DNA of 64,000 nucleotides, from positions 1 to 64,000 of IMG/VR virus record IMGVR_UViG_3300002231_000147; one strand, given 5' to 3'. Positions 32,273 through 43,125 of the stretch are shown piece after piece. A program made the position numbers and the translations under genes. The DNA comes from an uncultured virus (IMG/VR IMGVR_UViG_3300002231_000147). Its lineage: Duplodnaviria; Heunggongvirae; Uroviricota; Caudoviricetes. The notes under the pieces are model-generated. The model searched no databases. It was not told the DNA's origin and saw only the letters and a list, made by a program, of their open reading frames with translations. Position 1 is the first letter of the stretch. Each line of letters opens with the position of its first letter.

Positions 32273-33397
32273 TTAATCTTCTAAATCCTCGGCAGTAGCA
32301 TCGCTACCATCGTGATCATTAAACATAAGTTCCTTGTTAACTAATGGATTCAATGCTGGAAGGATTTTATCCCAAACCTCTTTATCATTTCTCCATTGCT
32401 TGAATCGACCAAGTTTAATCTCTTCTCCATTGTCGTCAACAAAATACTGTGTGAAACCTTTACCTTTTTCACCCTTAGCATCCTTCGTATAGAAACGATT
32501 ACCAAGGAAATCAAGCATAGGCTCAAGTCCACTATACTTATCAACACCCGAAGTGAAGTTCAAGTAACACTCAACCTTCTTATGGGGCTGAGCCATACGG
32601 TTCTTTTGGGTGAATAAGTTAATTCGTTGACCAGTGTAATTCTTGTTAGTAAGAGCTGATTCAATATCCATATCATTAGCAGCATCNCGCTTCTGTTTAG
32701 TTGCGGAAATGTGTAACATAATACTTGATACAAATTCAATTGCCTTACCCCCACCTTGTTCCTTAAATACGGAATCATGGAGTTGATTTGGATTAGCGAT
32801 CTCATGATTAATAAGAAGGAACGGACATTTTGATTTAGCGACCTTACCCTTAATTGATCTAAGGAATGCTTTAACCATCTTAGCCTTGAGTCCCATATCC
32901 ATTGCAACTTTATTCTTATCAGTCATATCCTTAAGCTCTTTTTCGGAGGAAAGGAAACCAAGTGAATCAAGAACGAAGAAGTATTTACCTTCTTCACCAG
33001 CGTCAACAACTTGTTCAAGAAGTTTTGCGGATTGAATACATAGTTCTTCAACAGTTTCAATTGGGATAGACATGACTTGATCACGATCTACACCGAAGTT
33101 TTCTTCCATACGTCCATCCTTATCGAACTCAGTATCAAAGATAACAACCTGCATACCCTTAGCAATCGCATCCTTCTGAAGAAGTGCGGAAATCAAAGAC
33201 TTACCTGATTGAGATGGTCCAAATAGATTTGATACACGACCAAATGGGATACCATTGTTTAAATCAGAACTAAGGATTGCATTCAATGCATGAAATCCAG
33301 TGTCTAACCAACCTGTGACATTAGTAATTGAATCCTCACTCAACTTAGCTGCGTAAGGATTCAACTTCTGTGCCATTTTAAATAATGACCCAGCCAT
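32273..33397 (-). CDS. uvsX: RecA-like recombinase
   Basis: DTGFHALNAILS, GPSQSGKS, FDTE, VLDSLG, DMG, INH and GGG. Confidence 0.92.
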   Translation of the reverse strand: MAGSLFKMAQKLNPYAAKLSEDSITNVTGWLDTGFHALNAILSSDLNNGIPFGRVSNLFGPSQSGKSLISALLQKDAIAKGMQVVIFDTEFDKDGRMEENFGVDRDQVMSIPIETVEELCIQSAKLLEQVVDAGEEGKYFFVLDSLGFLSSEKELKDMTDKNKVAMDMGLKAKMVKAFLRSIKGKVAKSKCPFLLINHEIANPNQLHDSVFKEQGGGKAIEFVSSIMLHISATKQKXDAANDMDIESALTNKNYTGQRINLFTQKNRMAQPHKKVECYLNFTSGVDKYSGLEPMLDFLGNRFYTKDAKGEKGKGFTQYFVDDNGEEIKLGRFKQWRNDKEVWDKILPALNPLVNKELMFNDHDGSDATAEDLED

Positions 33398-33399
33398 GA

Positions 33400-33786
33400 T
33401 TAGTCTACAAGTTTGATTTCGTCACTTCCTGCTTCTTGAGCAGCTTGCTTTTGGCGAATGCGAGCATATGCTTCAAGCAATTGGTTGTAGTGATCAGATG
33501 CTTCCTTAGATACAACACTGTTATTAAACGAGTGAGTTGATTTAGGGAATGTCCAAGTTGTTTGCGAGTCAAGTGCAAACAATTCTGGGTAATAACTAGG
33601 CACAAACTTCAAACCCTGCTTAGGTTTACCATCTGGTGTTGTGCTTAGGTCAGCTTCGATGACATGAGGGCTATCAATAACCACAACTTCATCAGTTTCG
33701 TTAATCTTATTTCCAATTAGTAGTCTACCAACTGAATCTCCAAATATAATGATATTTTTTTCTTCCATAGGTATACATAATACCAA
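33400..33786 (-). CDS. Hypothetical protein (Sm-like beta fold possible)
   Basis: FGDSVGRLLIG...IDSPHVI and C-terminal IKLVD. Confidence 0.55.
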   Translation of the reverse strand: MVLCIPMEEKNIIIFGDSVGRLLIGNKINETDEVVVIDSPHVIEADLSTTPDGKPKQGLKFVPSYYPELFALDSQTTWTFPKSTHSFNNSVVSKEASDHYNQLLEAYARIRQKQAAQEAGSDEIKLVD

Positions 33787-33814
33787 ACAGAAATAGACAA
33801 TTCAACTAATTCAA

Positions 33815-36480
33815 CTAACTTTTTAAGAAAAATTCATCCATCACATTAACTTTAGTTTGTTTATTGGGTGCGCGTAGCTCCCAACCAAGTGCAGTATAGA
33901 ATTGATTAACAACATCCTTAACACCTTTCTCAAACATTAGTTTAGTATCGATTGTAAACAACTTTTCAAACTCTTTCGGATACTTATCTACATACGAGAT
34001 AACATTTAGACCCCAGCGATTGTTTGTTTTAAGATAAACATACTTGATTTTATCAGATTGCTTAATGGCAGTGTAGTTATTAGCAATACCCATCTCCTTA
34101 ATCAATGCATTGTAATAATAAGCACCACGATAATGAGCTAACATACCCTTAGCTGTATTCCAACCCGATCATTTTTTTGCATATTCGTTATATTTGTTGG
34201 TTGCCTTAATCGCAGCGATCCCATCGATGTCCAGTGCCTTGAATTCATCAAACGCTTGGAAGTATAGGTCATCAGATTGCGAACGATTACCAGTGATGAT
34301 CATCTTTTGCACGACCTTTTCCACCAATGGTTTAACTTCTTTAGGCATAGCAGCTGAAACAAGAGCAACGCCCTTATATTTCCAACGCTTTTCTTCCTTA
34401 TCAACATTATATCCTTCCACATTTAAGACATGGAGAATATACTTCTTCTTTTTAATAAAGAATCCCTTATCCGCAATGGCTTCCATCTTGAATTTGAATC
34501 GACAATCGATTGAATTCAGGTCATCAACACCCCAATTGTGGATACCTTTGTTCAAGTTGTCTTCAATAATCGCACAGAGTTTAACTACTTTCGGGTTTAC
34601 GTTACCATTTTCATCCAAGAATGGGATACCCAAGTGTTTTACCACCTCATCTATACTCATATAAGCAGAATCGTGTATCATTATAACGGATAAAATCATA
34701 ACCTTCCTTAACATTTGCTAATTTAAATGCGAGTCTGTTTAAAATATCACATGATTCTTTAATAACACTCTGACAAGTGAGAGTAATCGACTCGGCAATG
34801 TCGATATCCGACATACATGCATACTTATTGCCCAGATATCCGTAACAACTGTTAATGAAAATCTTTTTTGCGTATTGCATAACATCAAGTTCAATGTTTT
34901 CAGCCTTGAGTTTATCTACTTCATCAACATGTTGATCCTCGATACCCTTAAGTTCCTCAAGTCTATCCATGTTTTTACCAATAATCTTTCTATCACTGAC
35001 ACGCATGGTGTAAACTTCATCAACCATCTTAGGAAAGATTACCTTTTTTCTTCTGAGTGAATAAAATATTCGCTTTACTTAGAGCTAGATCGTTTGCCTT
35101 ACACAATTTATCTAGATTTTCTCGTGTCATCTCAGTTTGATTGCCCGTATTGTCCTCTACCACAACATTTCCGTTCGATCTTTCGATGACTGTCCCGAAT
35201 TTCGTCTCAGGTGAGGTGTTTAGGGTGATCATTGTCATTGGATATAGTGAATTCAAGTCAAATGATACAATATTATCATAGATACCAGGTATGGGTTCCT
35301 TAACATACGCTCCTTCGAACTTACCCCACACGATATCATTCTTAACGAACGTAGGAATAACCTTACCTTCCTCATATGAGTTAACTGCACAGTATCCATT
35401 AACGATTGGTAGCGTATCCAATGATTTATTCAACGGAGTTAGACCCATATACGCCAACATACGAGCAACCTGCATGAATTTAAGTTTTTCCTCCAATAAT
35501 ACCAATCCATTTACGTCTTCGATATTATATAGAACGAAAACATCCCAATTATCATCAGCAAGTTGGGCAAGATTGGATGATTCGAAGTCAACCTTACCTT
35601 TACCAACCTCGATTGTAAGAATTGTATCCAATTTCATGTTTGGAACTGGATTCATATTGAATTTAGCGTATACTTCTTGATAACACAACGTTGTGACACC
35701 TTGCATCTCAAAATCCTGAACTTCTACTGAATATTGAGCACTAATCTTCTTTTTACGGATGAATTCACGCACCATACCAGTTGGAGACAGGCGATTTACA
35801 TGACGCATACTCAGACGCTTACGGATTCTATTGACAATATATGGAATATCGAACACCAAGTTCCAACCCGTTACTACATCTGGGTAATCTACTTGCCAAT
35901 AACTCAACAATGCCTCCAATAATTCGTTTTCAGTGCGATGAGTAGTCACAGTAAGAGTAGAACGCTTATTGATATCATCATATCGCTTCTTATTTTCTCC
36001 AACAAAACCAGATGGATCAAAATCATGCTCTAAACAAAAGATTCTGAACTCATTTTTTAATGAATTATAAATTGTTACAACATTGATTGGATGATTAGCC
36101 TCCCATGCTTCGGGGAATTCATCAGGCGAGTATACCTCAATATCAATATAGAAAATAGATAGATCAAATTTTGAGAAATCCTTTTTCTTATTGTGCTTAT
36201 GGAAAGCATCAATCAGGAAATTTTGTTTAACATCAAGATTATTGTAAATACGATCAATGTCACCATTCTTGATAGACTGTCTGCGCTCATAATCGTTTTG
36301 GAATGTATGTTTTTTTAACTTTGTTCCGAAAATAGACTTAGCATCAGGGTTACTAACCCCTGTTTCAGTGTAGTAATACGGTTGATATGGGATATTGCGA
36401 ACGATCCGTTCACCCTTGGTATTCCAAGTGAACAGTTTCATTTCTGATGTTCTATTATTATATACAATATTTCTATACAT
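33815..36480 (-). CDS. gp43: Family B DNA polymerase (four ORFs joined)
   Basis: ExoI DIEV, TGWNLVFDIPY, YNIEDV, SFDLNSLYP, KIFINSCYG, YNDTDS, KKKY and YKGV. Indels near 35040 and 34675; in-frame TGA at 34169-34171. Confidence 0.95.
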
Positions 36481-37675
36481 TATTAATTTGATTTAATTTG
36501 ATACGTCGAGTGTCTTGGTAGTCATATTTATACAACTCTTCCCACATGTCGATATTGTCCTCAAGCCAGAATCGTTCATCGATCAGAGCACGTGACTTTC
36601 TAACAGCCTTCATATAGACTCCAGCATCTTGTGTCAAGTATTTAATCCGATCATGTAGCTCATCAGCTGTGTTGAATTTATACAATGCATCATCATATGT
36701 GCAGATATCTTGACAAATAACTGGATACCCATGCGCACCACCCTCAAGTAACTTAATGTTACTCTTAGCCATATTAAAAATGTTTTTAGCCAAAGGTGCA
36801 ATCAAAATATTTGGTGCGATCTCATTAATCTTATAAGCAAAGTCATGAAGCGGAGTGAATTTATGAAATTCAATCTTACCTGATCTAATCAAATCAGCAA
36901 CACCTCGCGGAAACCCACCAATAAAAATCCATTGGAAGTCTTTCACAGTCTTTCGAACTAAATCTTGAATATTTGTGAAATCATCTTCGACTGATCCTGT
37001 TACACTGAAATGACTACCAGCACCCGCATATAAAATTCTAGGTTTGCGCTTGTTCTTAGAAAAATTTACTTTTAGTCTATCCTCATTATAAAATCTATCC
37101 ATCCAACTTTTAGGTAATCTATTCGGAATACATGTTATTTTAGTGTTGGTCAATTTGTCTCTGAAGTAATCAGCCATAAAATTTGTCGATACCGTGACCT
37201 CATCCGCAATATTCATCATTTCGATGATATTACTTTTTATTTTAGGACTAGCAAACCCATTTCGATTTCGATTATACAACGGGATGTCATCATAAAATGG
37301 AATATCGTCCAACTCATACATCAATCGAACCCCATGCTTTTCAGTCACCTTCCGTAGATTCTTGTAAAACACATATTGCTCATTTGATGCAAACCTCTGG
37401 ATACGTAGGAAGTTTAAGTTCTCGTAATACCTTGGATCACCGTTCACCTTTTGTCCATATGTATACATATCCTTGACATTTGTCGTGGCTAGTAGATTAT
37501 TAGCCCAAATAACTCGATAATGAGCACATGCACCAACATCCGCTATTTGATTATAGCCATGTAGTCGATCATCCTTAACAATTGGTGGTCTTGGTCTTGC
37601 TGGTCTTACTGGTGGTTGAGTAAATCTCTGCGCCCCTCCGATAATATTCGGTAAATTTCTTGGTTTTCCTATCAT
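36473..37675 (-). CDS. GT-B glycosyltransferase (GT4-like), coupled to the DNA polymerase gene
   Basis: GACAHYRV, YELDD, VTVST, IPNRLP, YAGAGSH and APLAKNIFNMAKSNIKLLE. Confidence 0.85.
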   Translation of the reverse strand: MIGKPRNLPNIIGGAQRFTQPPVRPARPRPPIVKDDRLHGYNQIADVGACAHYRVIWANNLLATTNVKDMYTYGQKVNGDPRYYENLNFLRIQRFASNEQYVFYKNLRKVTEKHGVRLMYELDDIPFYDDIPLYNRNRNGFASPKIKSNIIEMMNIADEVTVSTNFMADYFRDKLTNTKITCIPNRLPKSWMDRFYNEDRLKVNFSKNKRKPRILYAGAGSHFSVTGSVEDDFTNIQDLVRKTVKDFQWIFIGGFPRGVADLIRSGKIEFHKFTPLHDFAYKINEIAPNILIAPLAKNIFNMAKSNIKLLEGGAHGYPVICQDICTYDDALYKFNTADELHDRIKYLTQDAGVYMKAVRKSRALIDERFWLEDNIDMWEELYKYDYQDTRRIKLNQINNV

Positions 37676-37757
37676 GATCTCACCAGTTTATCACACTGTT
37701 TTTTATATTTCAACTCTCAATCTTTTTGATTGCTTGTGAACACATTGGTTTATTTAC

Positions 37758-37843
37758 TATAAATAAATATACAGGCTAAACAAAAATCTAAAAATCTTTG
37801 TCGTTTAGACAAGGGGGATTGTAAATTTTTTTTAGGGGGGATT
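37758..37843 (+). promoter_or_regulatory. Late promoter plus structured leader in the main divergence region
   Basis: TATAAATA at 37758-37765, an imperfect hairpin centred on TTTGTC-GTTTA-GACAAG, and repeats AAAAATCT x2 and AGGGGG(G)ATT x2. Confidence 0.45.
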
Positions 37844-37913
37844 ATTCATTTATGTAAGACTAATATATGGTTAACCCTTGACTTAGACCAAATCCCATGG
37901 TATTTCCGTAGTA

Positions 37914-38804
37914 ATGACAAATATAAAGAACTCATCCAACAAACCATCCAACTACCAAGATGGATTCTATATCTACACATCCAGTTCACTATTGGAAAAG
38001 TGTAATTTAGATGATGAATATGAAAAAATATTTCATGATAACCCAAATACTAGGATTACACGAGAAGGATTAGAGGTTCATATGTCAATGATGATCAATT
38101 ATTTAACATATTACCTCAATCATCACTCATTAACAAGCCTTAGTAGTAAATTCATACGTAGAGCATCGAATAGTTACTACTACAAACTATGTTTAAACAT
38201 ACTGAAACGGAATAAAATCTTATTCATCAGGGGTATTGGGGGCAAAGAAAGTTACCTGACAGGTAGTTATTGTAAGGATTATAAATTTAATTACAATATT
38301 ACACGGTTGGAATATGATACAGCCAAGCAAGTCAGAGTGAATGATGCGAGATTGATCAATAAAATTCAAAAAAATGATCAATTGGCTATCCCATCTCAGT
38401 TTGAAGATCGTTATGAGAAAAGAAAAGTGTCGTTCACGAGATTAATTGGACAAAAACTGATCAAAAAAGCCAAATCATTGATATCCATGGCACACAATGC
38501 TCGCATTATTAAAAAACATATGAAGATGGGATCAATGTTTATCGAATCAAGGATTTTAAAGGAACGATTGGAGTATGTTAAGAGGAAATTAGCAGGTAAA
38601 TTCCTTAAAATTAGTGGTTATCGACTATCTGATAGATATTACAAATTAATACCACATCCAAAGGTTATCAATAAGATGATTANTCGTTGGGAAATTTTAA
38701 GTCAAACCCATAAGAAATGGGAAGTGTTCAATGATTTTGAACTGAGATTGACTGATAAATTAGGGTTCCCATGTTTAACGAAGCATAAGTTTATGCAAAC
38801 ATGA
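37914..38804 (+). CDS. Basic putative DNA-binding protein
   Basis: 296 aa, K/R-rich; LSSKFIRR...YKLCLNILKRNKIL...ESYLTGSYCKDYKF is a winged-helix-like pattern. Confidence 0.5.
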   Translation: MTNIKNSSNKPSNYQDGFYIYTSSSLLEKCNLDDEYEKIFHDNPNTRITREGLEVHMSMMINYLTYYLNHHSLTSLSSKFIRRASNSYYYKLCLNILKRNKILFIRGIGGKESYLTGSYCKDYKFNYNITRLEYDTAKQVRVNDARLINKIQKNDQLAIPSQFEDRYEKRKVSFTRLIGQKLIKKAKSLISMAHNARIIKKHMKMGSMFIESRILKERLEYVKRKLAGKFLKISGYRLSDRYYKLIPHPKVINKMIXRWEILSQTHKKWEVFNDFELRLTDKLGFPCLTKHKFMQT

Positions 38805-39313
38805 ACTTAGTTTGAATAGATTTAAATATCTTTTGATCNAAATANNTTAAATCATATGTTTTAATAAACGAAGATAACTTAGAATAATTCTTTTTGATGT
38901 TCATATCCTTAATTTTAGGTATATTTGTCATCAAAGTCTCATATGATTCGGGATGATCAAGAAAATCTGCATATGATTCATCAACAATCAATGCATTTAT
39001 AGGAATTAGCTTATTATGCTTTCTTAATGTTCAGGTGATATGTGTGGATAAATGTATCCCTATCAACATATTCTTGAAATTCAGACTGTTCTGGTCTGCC
39101 GATGATGTAAAACACCCTTTTATCACTAGATTCAAGGGTTTTAATGTATTTTTTAAGGAGATGATTGAAAAACAACTTCTTATAATACGGAGAGTTTGGA
39201 TTTATCTCAGTTGGATCAATCCCTTGGTCATAAAATAGGTCAATAATGCCTATTTCCGCAGGGATATAGATATCTGTAAAGAAATTCCGTATTTCATAAC
39301 CTAATACATTCAT
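38791..39313 (-). CDS. Hypothetical protein (indel near 39015)
   Basis: ORFs 39014-39313 and 38791-38991 are consecutive. Confidence 0.45.
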
Positions 39314-39335
39314 AACAGGTTATAATATAACACAT

Positions 39336-39899
39336 TTACTCACTTAATGCGAACTTTTCATACAATGTTTGTATGTCTTTGTATTTTTTCTTAACCTGTT
39401 TAGTTTTCTTAGTCATTTTAGCCTGTTCTGGTAGCCAAGTTAACTTAAAAAACTTCTGTGGGATAACTTTATTAACATATACACCATACTTATCGTATGT
39501 CCACTTCTGATTCATAGAGAAGCTACGTGATCCATCGTGCATCTGGAAGGTTCCCTTGGTATCAATGACGATTTCAGTCTTGTCATCGTGCAATGACAGG
39601 AGCTTATGCTTGTCTTCAAGTAGGTTCCAGCGTTCACCCTTGATCAACCAGAAGTCAGGAGAGAATTTATGCGGATGAAACAAGTGTTTCTCTACTGTTT
39701 TCGTCTTAGTCTTGAGCTGTTTGATCTCAATGTATGTTTGTTTATCACATAATTCATAAGATTTATGATTATATTTAAATGATTCAAGAAACTTATACTT
39801 AACTGCTTCCTCACACCAATAATAAAATTCCAGTTCCTCTTCCGAGTCGAATTCTACCTCATTGTAAACTATTTTATCTTTACGATTTGCTTTTGCCAT
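39336..39899 (-). CDS. PD-(D/E)XK nuclease (DUF1064-like)
   Basis: FDSEEE, FSPDF and IDTKG. Confidence 0.7.
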   Translation of the reverse strand: MAKANRKDKIVYNEVEFDSEEELEFYYWCEEAVKYKFLESFKYNHKSYELCDKQTYIEIKQLKTKTKTVEKHLFHPHKFSPDFWLIKGERWNLLEDKHKLLSLHDDKTEIVIDTKGTFQMHDGSRSFSMNQKWTYDKYGVYVNKVIPQKFFKLTWLPEQAKMTKKTKQVKKKYKDIQTLYEKFALSE

Positions 39900-40554
39900 T
39901 CTTCTTTTTCTTCTTTTTTGCCTTCTTTGGGCGTTTAGTTGTTATTTGATCTTCAATCTTTGGGCGTTTAGCCATCTTAGGTTTCTTATTTCCACCAAAT
40001 ATGTTTCTAGCATCACCTGGTGCATAAAAATCACTAGAAAAAGTTGAGTCAGCTGTTCCACCAACACCAACTGCCCCCGTATCCATCTCTTTGATGATAT
40101 CAATCTTATTGAACTCCATCTTATTGTTAGTTCTCTTCAAGAAAGCGTAATCTACAAGGTGTCCGTTTTCGATAACTAGAGTCTTATCCTCATAATTATC
40201 CACAAATGTTATTTCAATACCCTCATCTAGTTTAGTAACAGAAGAAATCTTACGATATACACCTGACCCCAATCTAGTCATTGAATATTGAATAACATTT
40301 GTCTCCTTAATAAGAGAACTTGGGTCTTTTATTTCAATATGTTTTTTATGAAATAAATTATTGGTCTTTTCAATGAATCGGTATTCGGAAAGTTCCTTTT
40401 CATTTAATTTAATCTCCCTCTTGATATCATTATCTAGGTATGATAATATAATATCATTGTTTTTAGATTCCAATTGGAGAACTGGTTTGAATTTATTTTC
40501 ACCTCTCTTTGTGAAGAGGATATTTTCTAGAAACATATTTTTAAAAGTAGCCAT
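39880..40554 (-). CDS. Hypothetical late protein with a basic tail
   Basis: MATFKNMFLE start, DFYAPGDAR and a K-rich C-terminus. Confidence 0.55.
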   Translation of the reverse strand: MATFKNMFLENILFTKRGENKFKPVLQLESKNNDIILSYLDNDIKREIKLNEKELSEYRFIEKTNNLFHKKHIEIKDPSSLIKETNVIQYSMTRLGSGVYRKISSVTKLDEGIEITFVDNYEDKTLVIENGHLVDYAFLKRTNNKMEFNKIDIIKEMDTGAVGVGGTADSTFSSDFYAPGDARNIFGGNKKPKMAKRPKIEDQITTKRPKKAKKKKKKNGKSKS

Positions 40555-40578
40555 AGTATAAGTATTTAGTAACAACAT

Positions 40579-41013
40579 ATGAAAAATCAATTAATAGAAG
40601 AAGCATACAAAGCAATCCAAGAAGAAGTTAAAGAGTTGTATAAGGATCATGTAATCGATGAAACCAGATTACGTGATGTTCAACTAAAGCATCCAACTGA
40701 TCGAGCAAAATGGGTAGAAAAAAAACACCTTAAAAAAGCGCAATTAAAGGATTTGCGTATTCAATTAAGAGATTTATTAAATGATGCAACCGAGTCACTA
40801 CATAAAGCAAAGAAGAAAAACGGTGAACCAACTAAGAGTAAAGCGTATTGTGAAAACTTAGTTAAGAACTCTAAGCAATATAAGGAACTTGAGTCTAAGG
40901 TATTTAAATCTGAATTGATTTATGAGTTTTTTGAGGATGCTGTTGGTAGTATAAGCAGATTCCAGTGGGATATTTCAACATTTGTTAAGACAATTGATAT
41001 TGAGGAACGATAA
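40579..41013 (+). CDS. uvsY: Recombination mediator
   Basis: Helical, 144 aa, C-terminal FQWDISTFVK; directly upstream of uvsW. Confidence 0.7.
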   Translation: MKNQLIEEAYKAIQEEVKELYKDHVIDETRLRDVQLKHPTDRAKWVEKKHLKKAQLKDLRIQLRDLLNDATESLHKAKKKNGEPTKSKAYCENLVKNSKQYKELESKVFKSELIYEFFEDAVGSISRFQWDISTFVKTIDIEER

Positions 41014-42473
41014 TGATTGTTTCCTACTACAACGGGAATCGATGTAAACTCGATGTTCATGATGAGCATTTTAGTTTAATTCGAGAACATTTCTCATATG
41101 ATGACCCAGCTGCTAGGTTTGCCAACCGTGATGGTATACCTAGACGCAAGTATTCTATAACCAAGGTTGGCTATATGGATATTGGATTACTATGGGACGT
41201 TATTAAAGTATCCAAGGAGAATAAATGGGACATTAAGTTCAAGGTAAGTCCACTTGTTAAGAGTCGGATGATGAATACATTAAACATCCCTATCTTGAAT
41301 GTTCCTAACGAGCAAATGAAGCACAGATATTACCAAAAGGATAGTATCATTAGTGGATTCAAAGTAGGTAATGGTATCATTGTAGTTGGAACAGGTGGTG
41401 GTAAGTCACTTATCCTAGCATCTATGATGGAAAGTATACATTCAATCGATCCTAATTGTAAAATGATGCTAGTGGTTCCCGATGTTGGTCTAGTTAATCA
41501 GATGTATGCCGACTTTGAAGAGTATGAATGCTCATTTACCTACTCTAAATGGATGGGTGGGTGTGATTTAGATGATTCGTCTAACCTAGTTATCGTTCAT
41601 ACAAAATATTTACAAACATTTAGTAAGGAAAAAATTAAACAATATGATTCACTTTTTAAAAGCATCGACTACCTCTTTCACGATGAGGTTCATCTATTCC
41701 ACTCAAATTCTGGTAGCATACCTAAGTCCACTAAGTTACTTACTTCCTATGACTATGAGCATAAGTTCGGTCTAACAGGTTCAATGCACAAGGAAAGCTA
41801 CACTCGTGATAAGATCGTTGGGTTCTTTGGTGCAACAATCTACGAAAAGAACTCAAAAGAACTCCGAGAAGAGAAATATCTTAGTGATGTTGAGGTCAAT
41901 ATGATCAAATTCAATCATATTGATCCAATGGGTTTGTATAAATTTGATAAGAACACACATGCTACTGAAGACTACAACTTAGAGATCGATCATGTGTTAA
42001 ATTCTGAGTTTAGAAATAATGGAATCGAAAAGATTGTAAACAATCTCAAGGGTAATGTATTGATTTTAGTAGAACGTATCGCCCAAGGTGAGGTTATGTT
42101 TGATCGTCTGTCTAGAAACTCCAATAAGACAGTGTATTTTATTAGCGGGGCAACTAAGGGTGTGGAACGTCAACGTATTATCGCTGAGATGGAGAAGAAT
42201 GATGACATTATATGTATTGCTATGTCGAAAATCTTCTCAACTGGTGTTAGTGTTAAGAACATTCCGTTTATTATCTTCGCATACTTAGGTAAAGCTTGGC
42301 ATAAAACTGTTCAAGCTGTTGGTCGTGGTTTAAGATTACATGAGAATAAAGATAAACTCAGACTATTTGACTTATACGATAACCTAATGTATAGTAGTAA
42401 ACATGCAGATGAAAGAAAAAAGATATATCATGACCAAGATATTAAGTTTAAGGAATTCAAAGTAAATGAGTGA
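41013..42473 (+). CDS. uvsW: SF2 DNA helicase
   Basis: RYYQ, GTGGGKS, DEVH, GLTGS, FSTGVSV, QAVGRGLR and HADER. Confidence 0.92.
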   Translation: MIVSYYNGNRCKLDVHDEHFSLIREHFSYDDPAARFANRDGIPRRKYSITKVGYMDIGLLWDVIKVSKENKWDIKFKVSPLVKSRMMNTLNIPILNVPNEQMKHRYYQKDSIISGFKVGNGIIVVGTGGGKSLILASMMESIHSIDPNCKMMLVVPDVGLVNQMYADFEEYECSFTYSKWMGGCDLDDSSNLVIVHTKYLQTFSKEKIKQYDSLFKSIDYLFHDEVHLFHSNSGSIPKSTKLLTSYDYEHKFGLTGSMHKESYTRDKIVGFFGATIYEKNSKELREEKYLSDVEVNMIKFNHIDPMGLYKFDKNTHATEDYNLEIDHVLNSEFRNNGIEKIVNNLKGNVLILVERIAQGEVMFDRLSRNSNKTVYFISGATKGVERQRIIAEMEKNDDIICIAMSKIFSTGVSVKNIPFIIFAYLGKAWHKTVQAVGRGLRLHENKDKLRLFDLYDNLMYSSKHADERKKIYHDQDIKFKEFKVNE

Positions 42474-43125
42474 TATAGTTAAAGTAAAAAAGAAGAAAGG
42501 GAGAAAGCCAGGTAAGTATTATATCTCCAATGATGAACTAATTCACGAAATTAGACTTTATTATAAATCGAAATCTCAGATACCTCGACAACTAGGGTTA
42601 TATGTTCTTAAGATCGTAGACGGAGTTGCGCATTCCCCCAATTTCATCAATTATTCATATAGAGATGAGATGGAGAGTGATGCATTATATAGAATTACTA
42701 AAGCTATTGCGGATCGTGGGTGTATCATATACCCTGATGAGATTTTGGGTGAAATTATATACAAAGAGGTTGAGGATTCCACCTATATGTTAGACAATGA
42801 TGGTAACTTGTGTAAAGATAGTAACGGTAAGAAGATTCCTGCTAGTGGTATTATCCAATATAAGGTGGATCGATCTAAAGAATACCTTCTAGACAAGGAA
42901 GGTAATCGTATTCCCAAGGTATATGAGAATAATCCGTTTGGTTACTTCACTATGATCGCATGGCGAGCGTTCCAAGGGAGAATTAAACTAGAAAAGAAGT
43001 TCCATGAGACGAATGAAGCATTTAAAGACAAGGTTTATACTGAATTTGAATCAGAATATGGTATAAGTCATAGCGATACATCTAGTGAAAGCGATACACA
43101 TTCCTATGAAGACACTGAACTGTAA
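42466..43125 (+). CDS. gp55: Late transcription sigma factor with an internal insertion
   Basis: YYISNDEL, LKIVDGVAHSPNFINYSYRDEMESDA and NPFGYFTMIAWRAFQGRIKLEKK. Confidence 0.9.
   Translation: MSDIVKVKKKKGRKPGKYYISNDELIHEIRLYYKSKSQIPRQLGLYVLKIVDGVAHSPNFINYSYRDEMESDALYRITKAIADRGCIIYPDEILGEIIYKEVEDSTYMLDNDGNLCKDSNGKKIPASGIIQYKVDRSKEYLLDKEGNRIPKVYENNPFGYFTMIAWRAFQGRIKLEKKFHETNEAFKDKVYTEFESEYGISHSDTSSESDTHSYEDTEL

Noticed and set aside
33815..36480. Naturally split polymerase, intron or intein
   Set aside because: The fragments abut with no inserted sequence, one break falls inside the YNDTDS catalytic motif, and there are no homing-endonuclease or intein motifs.
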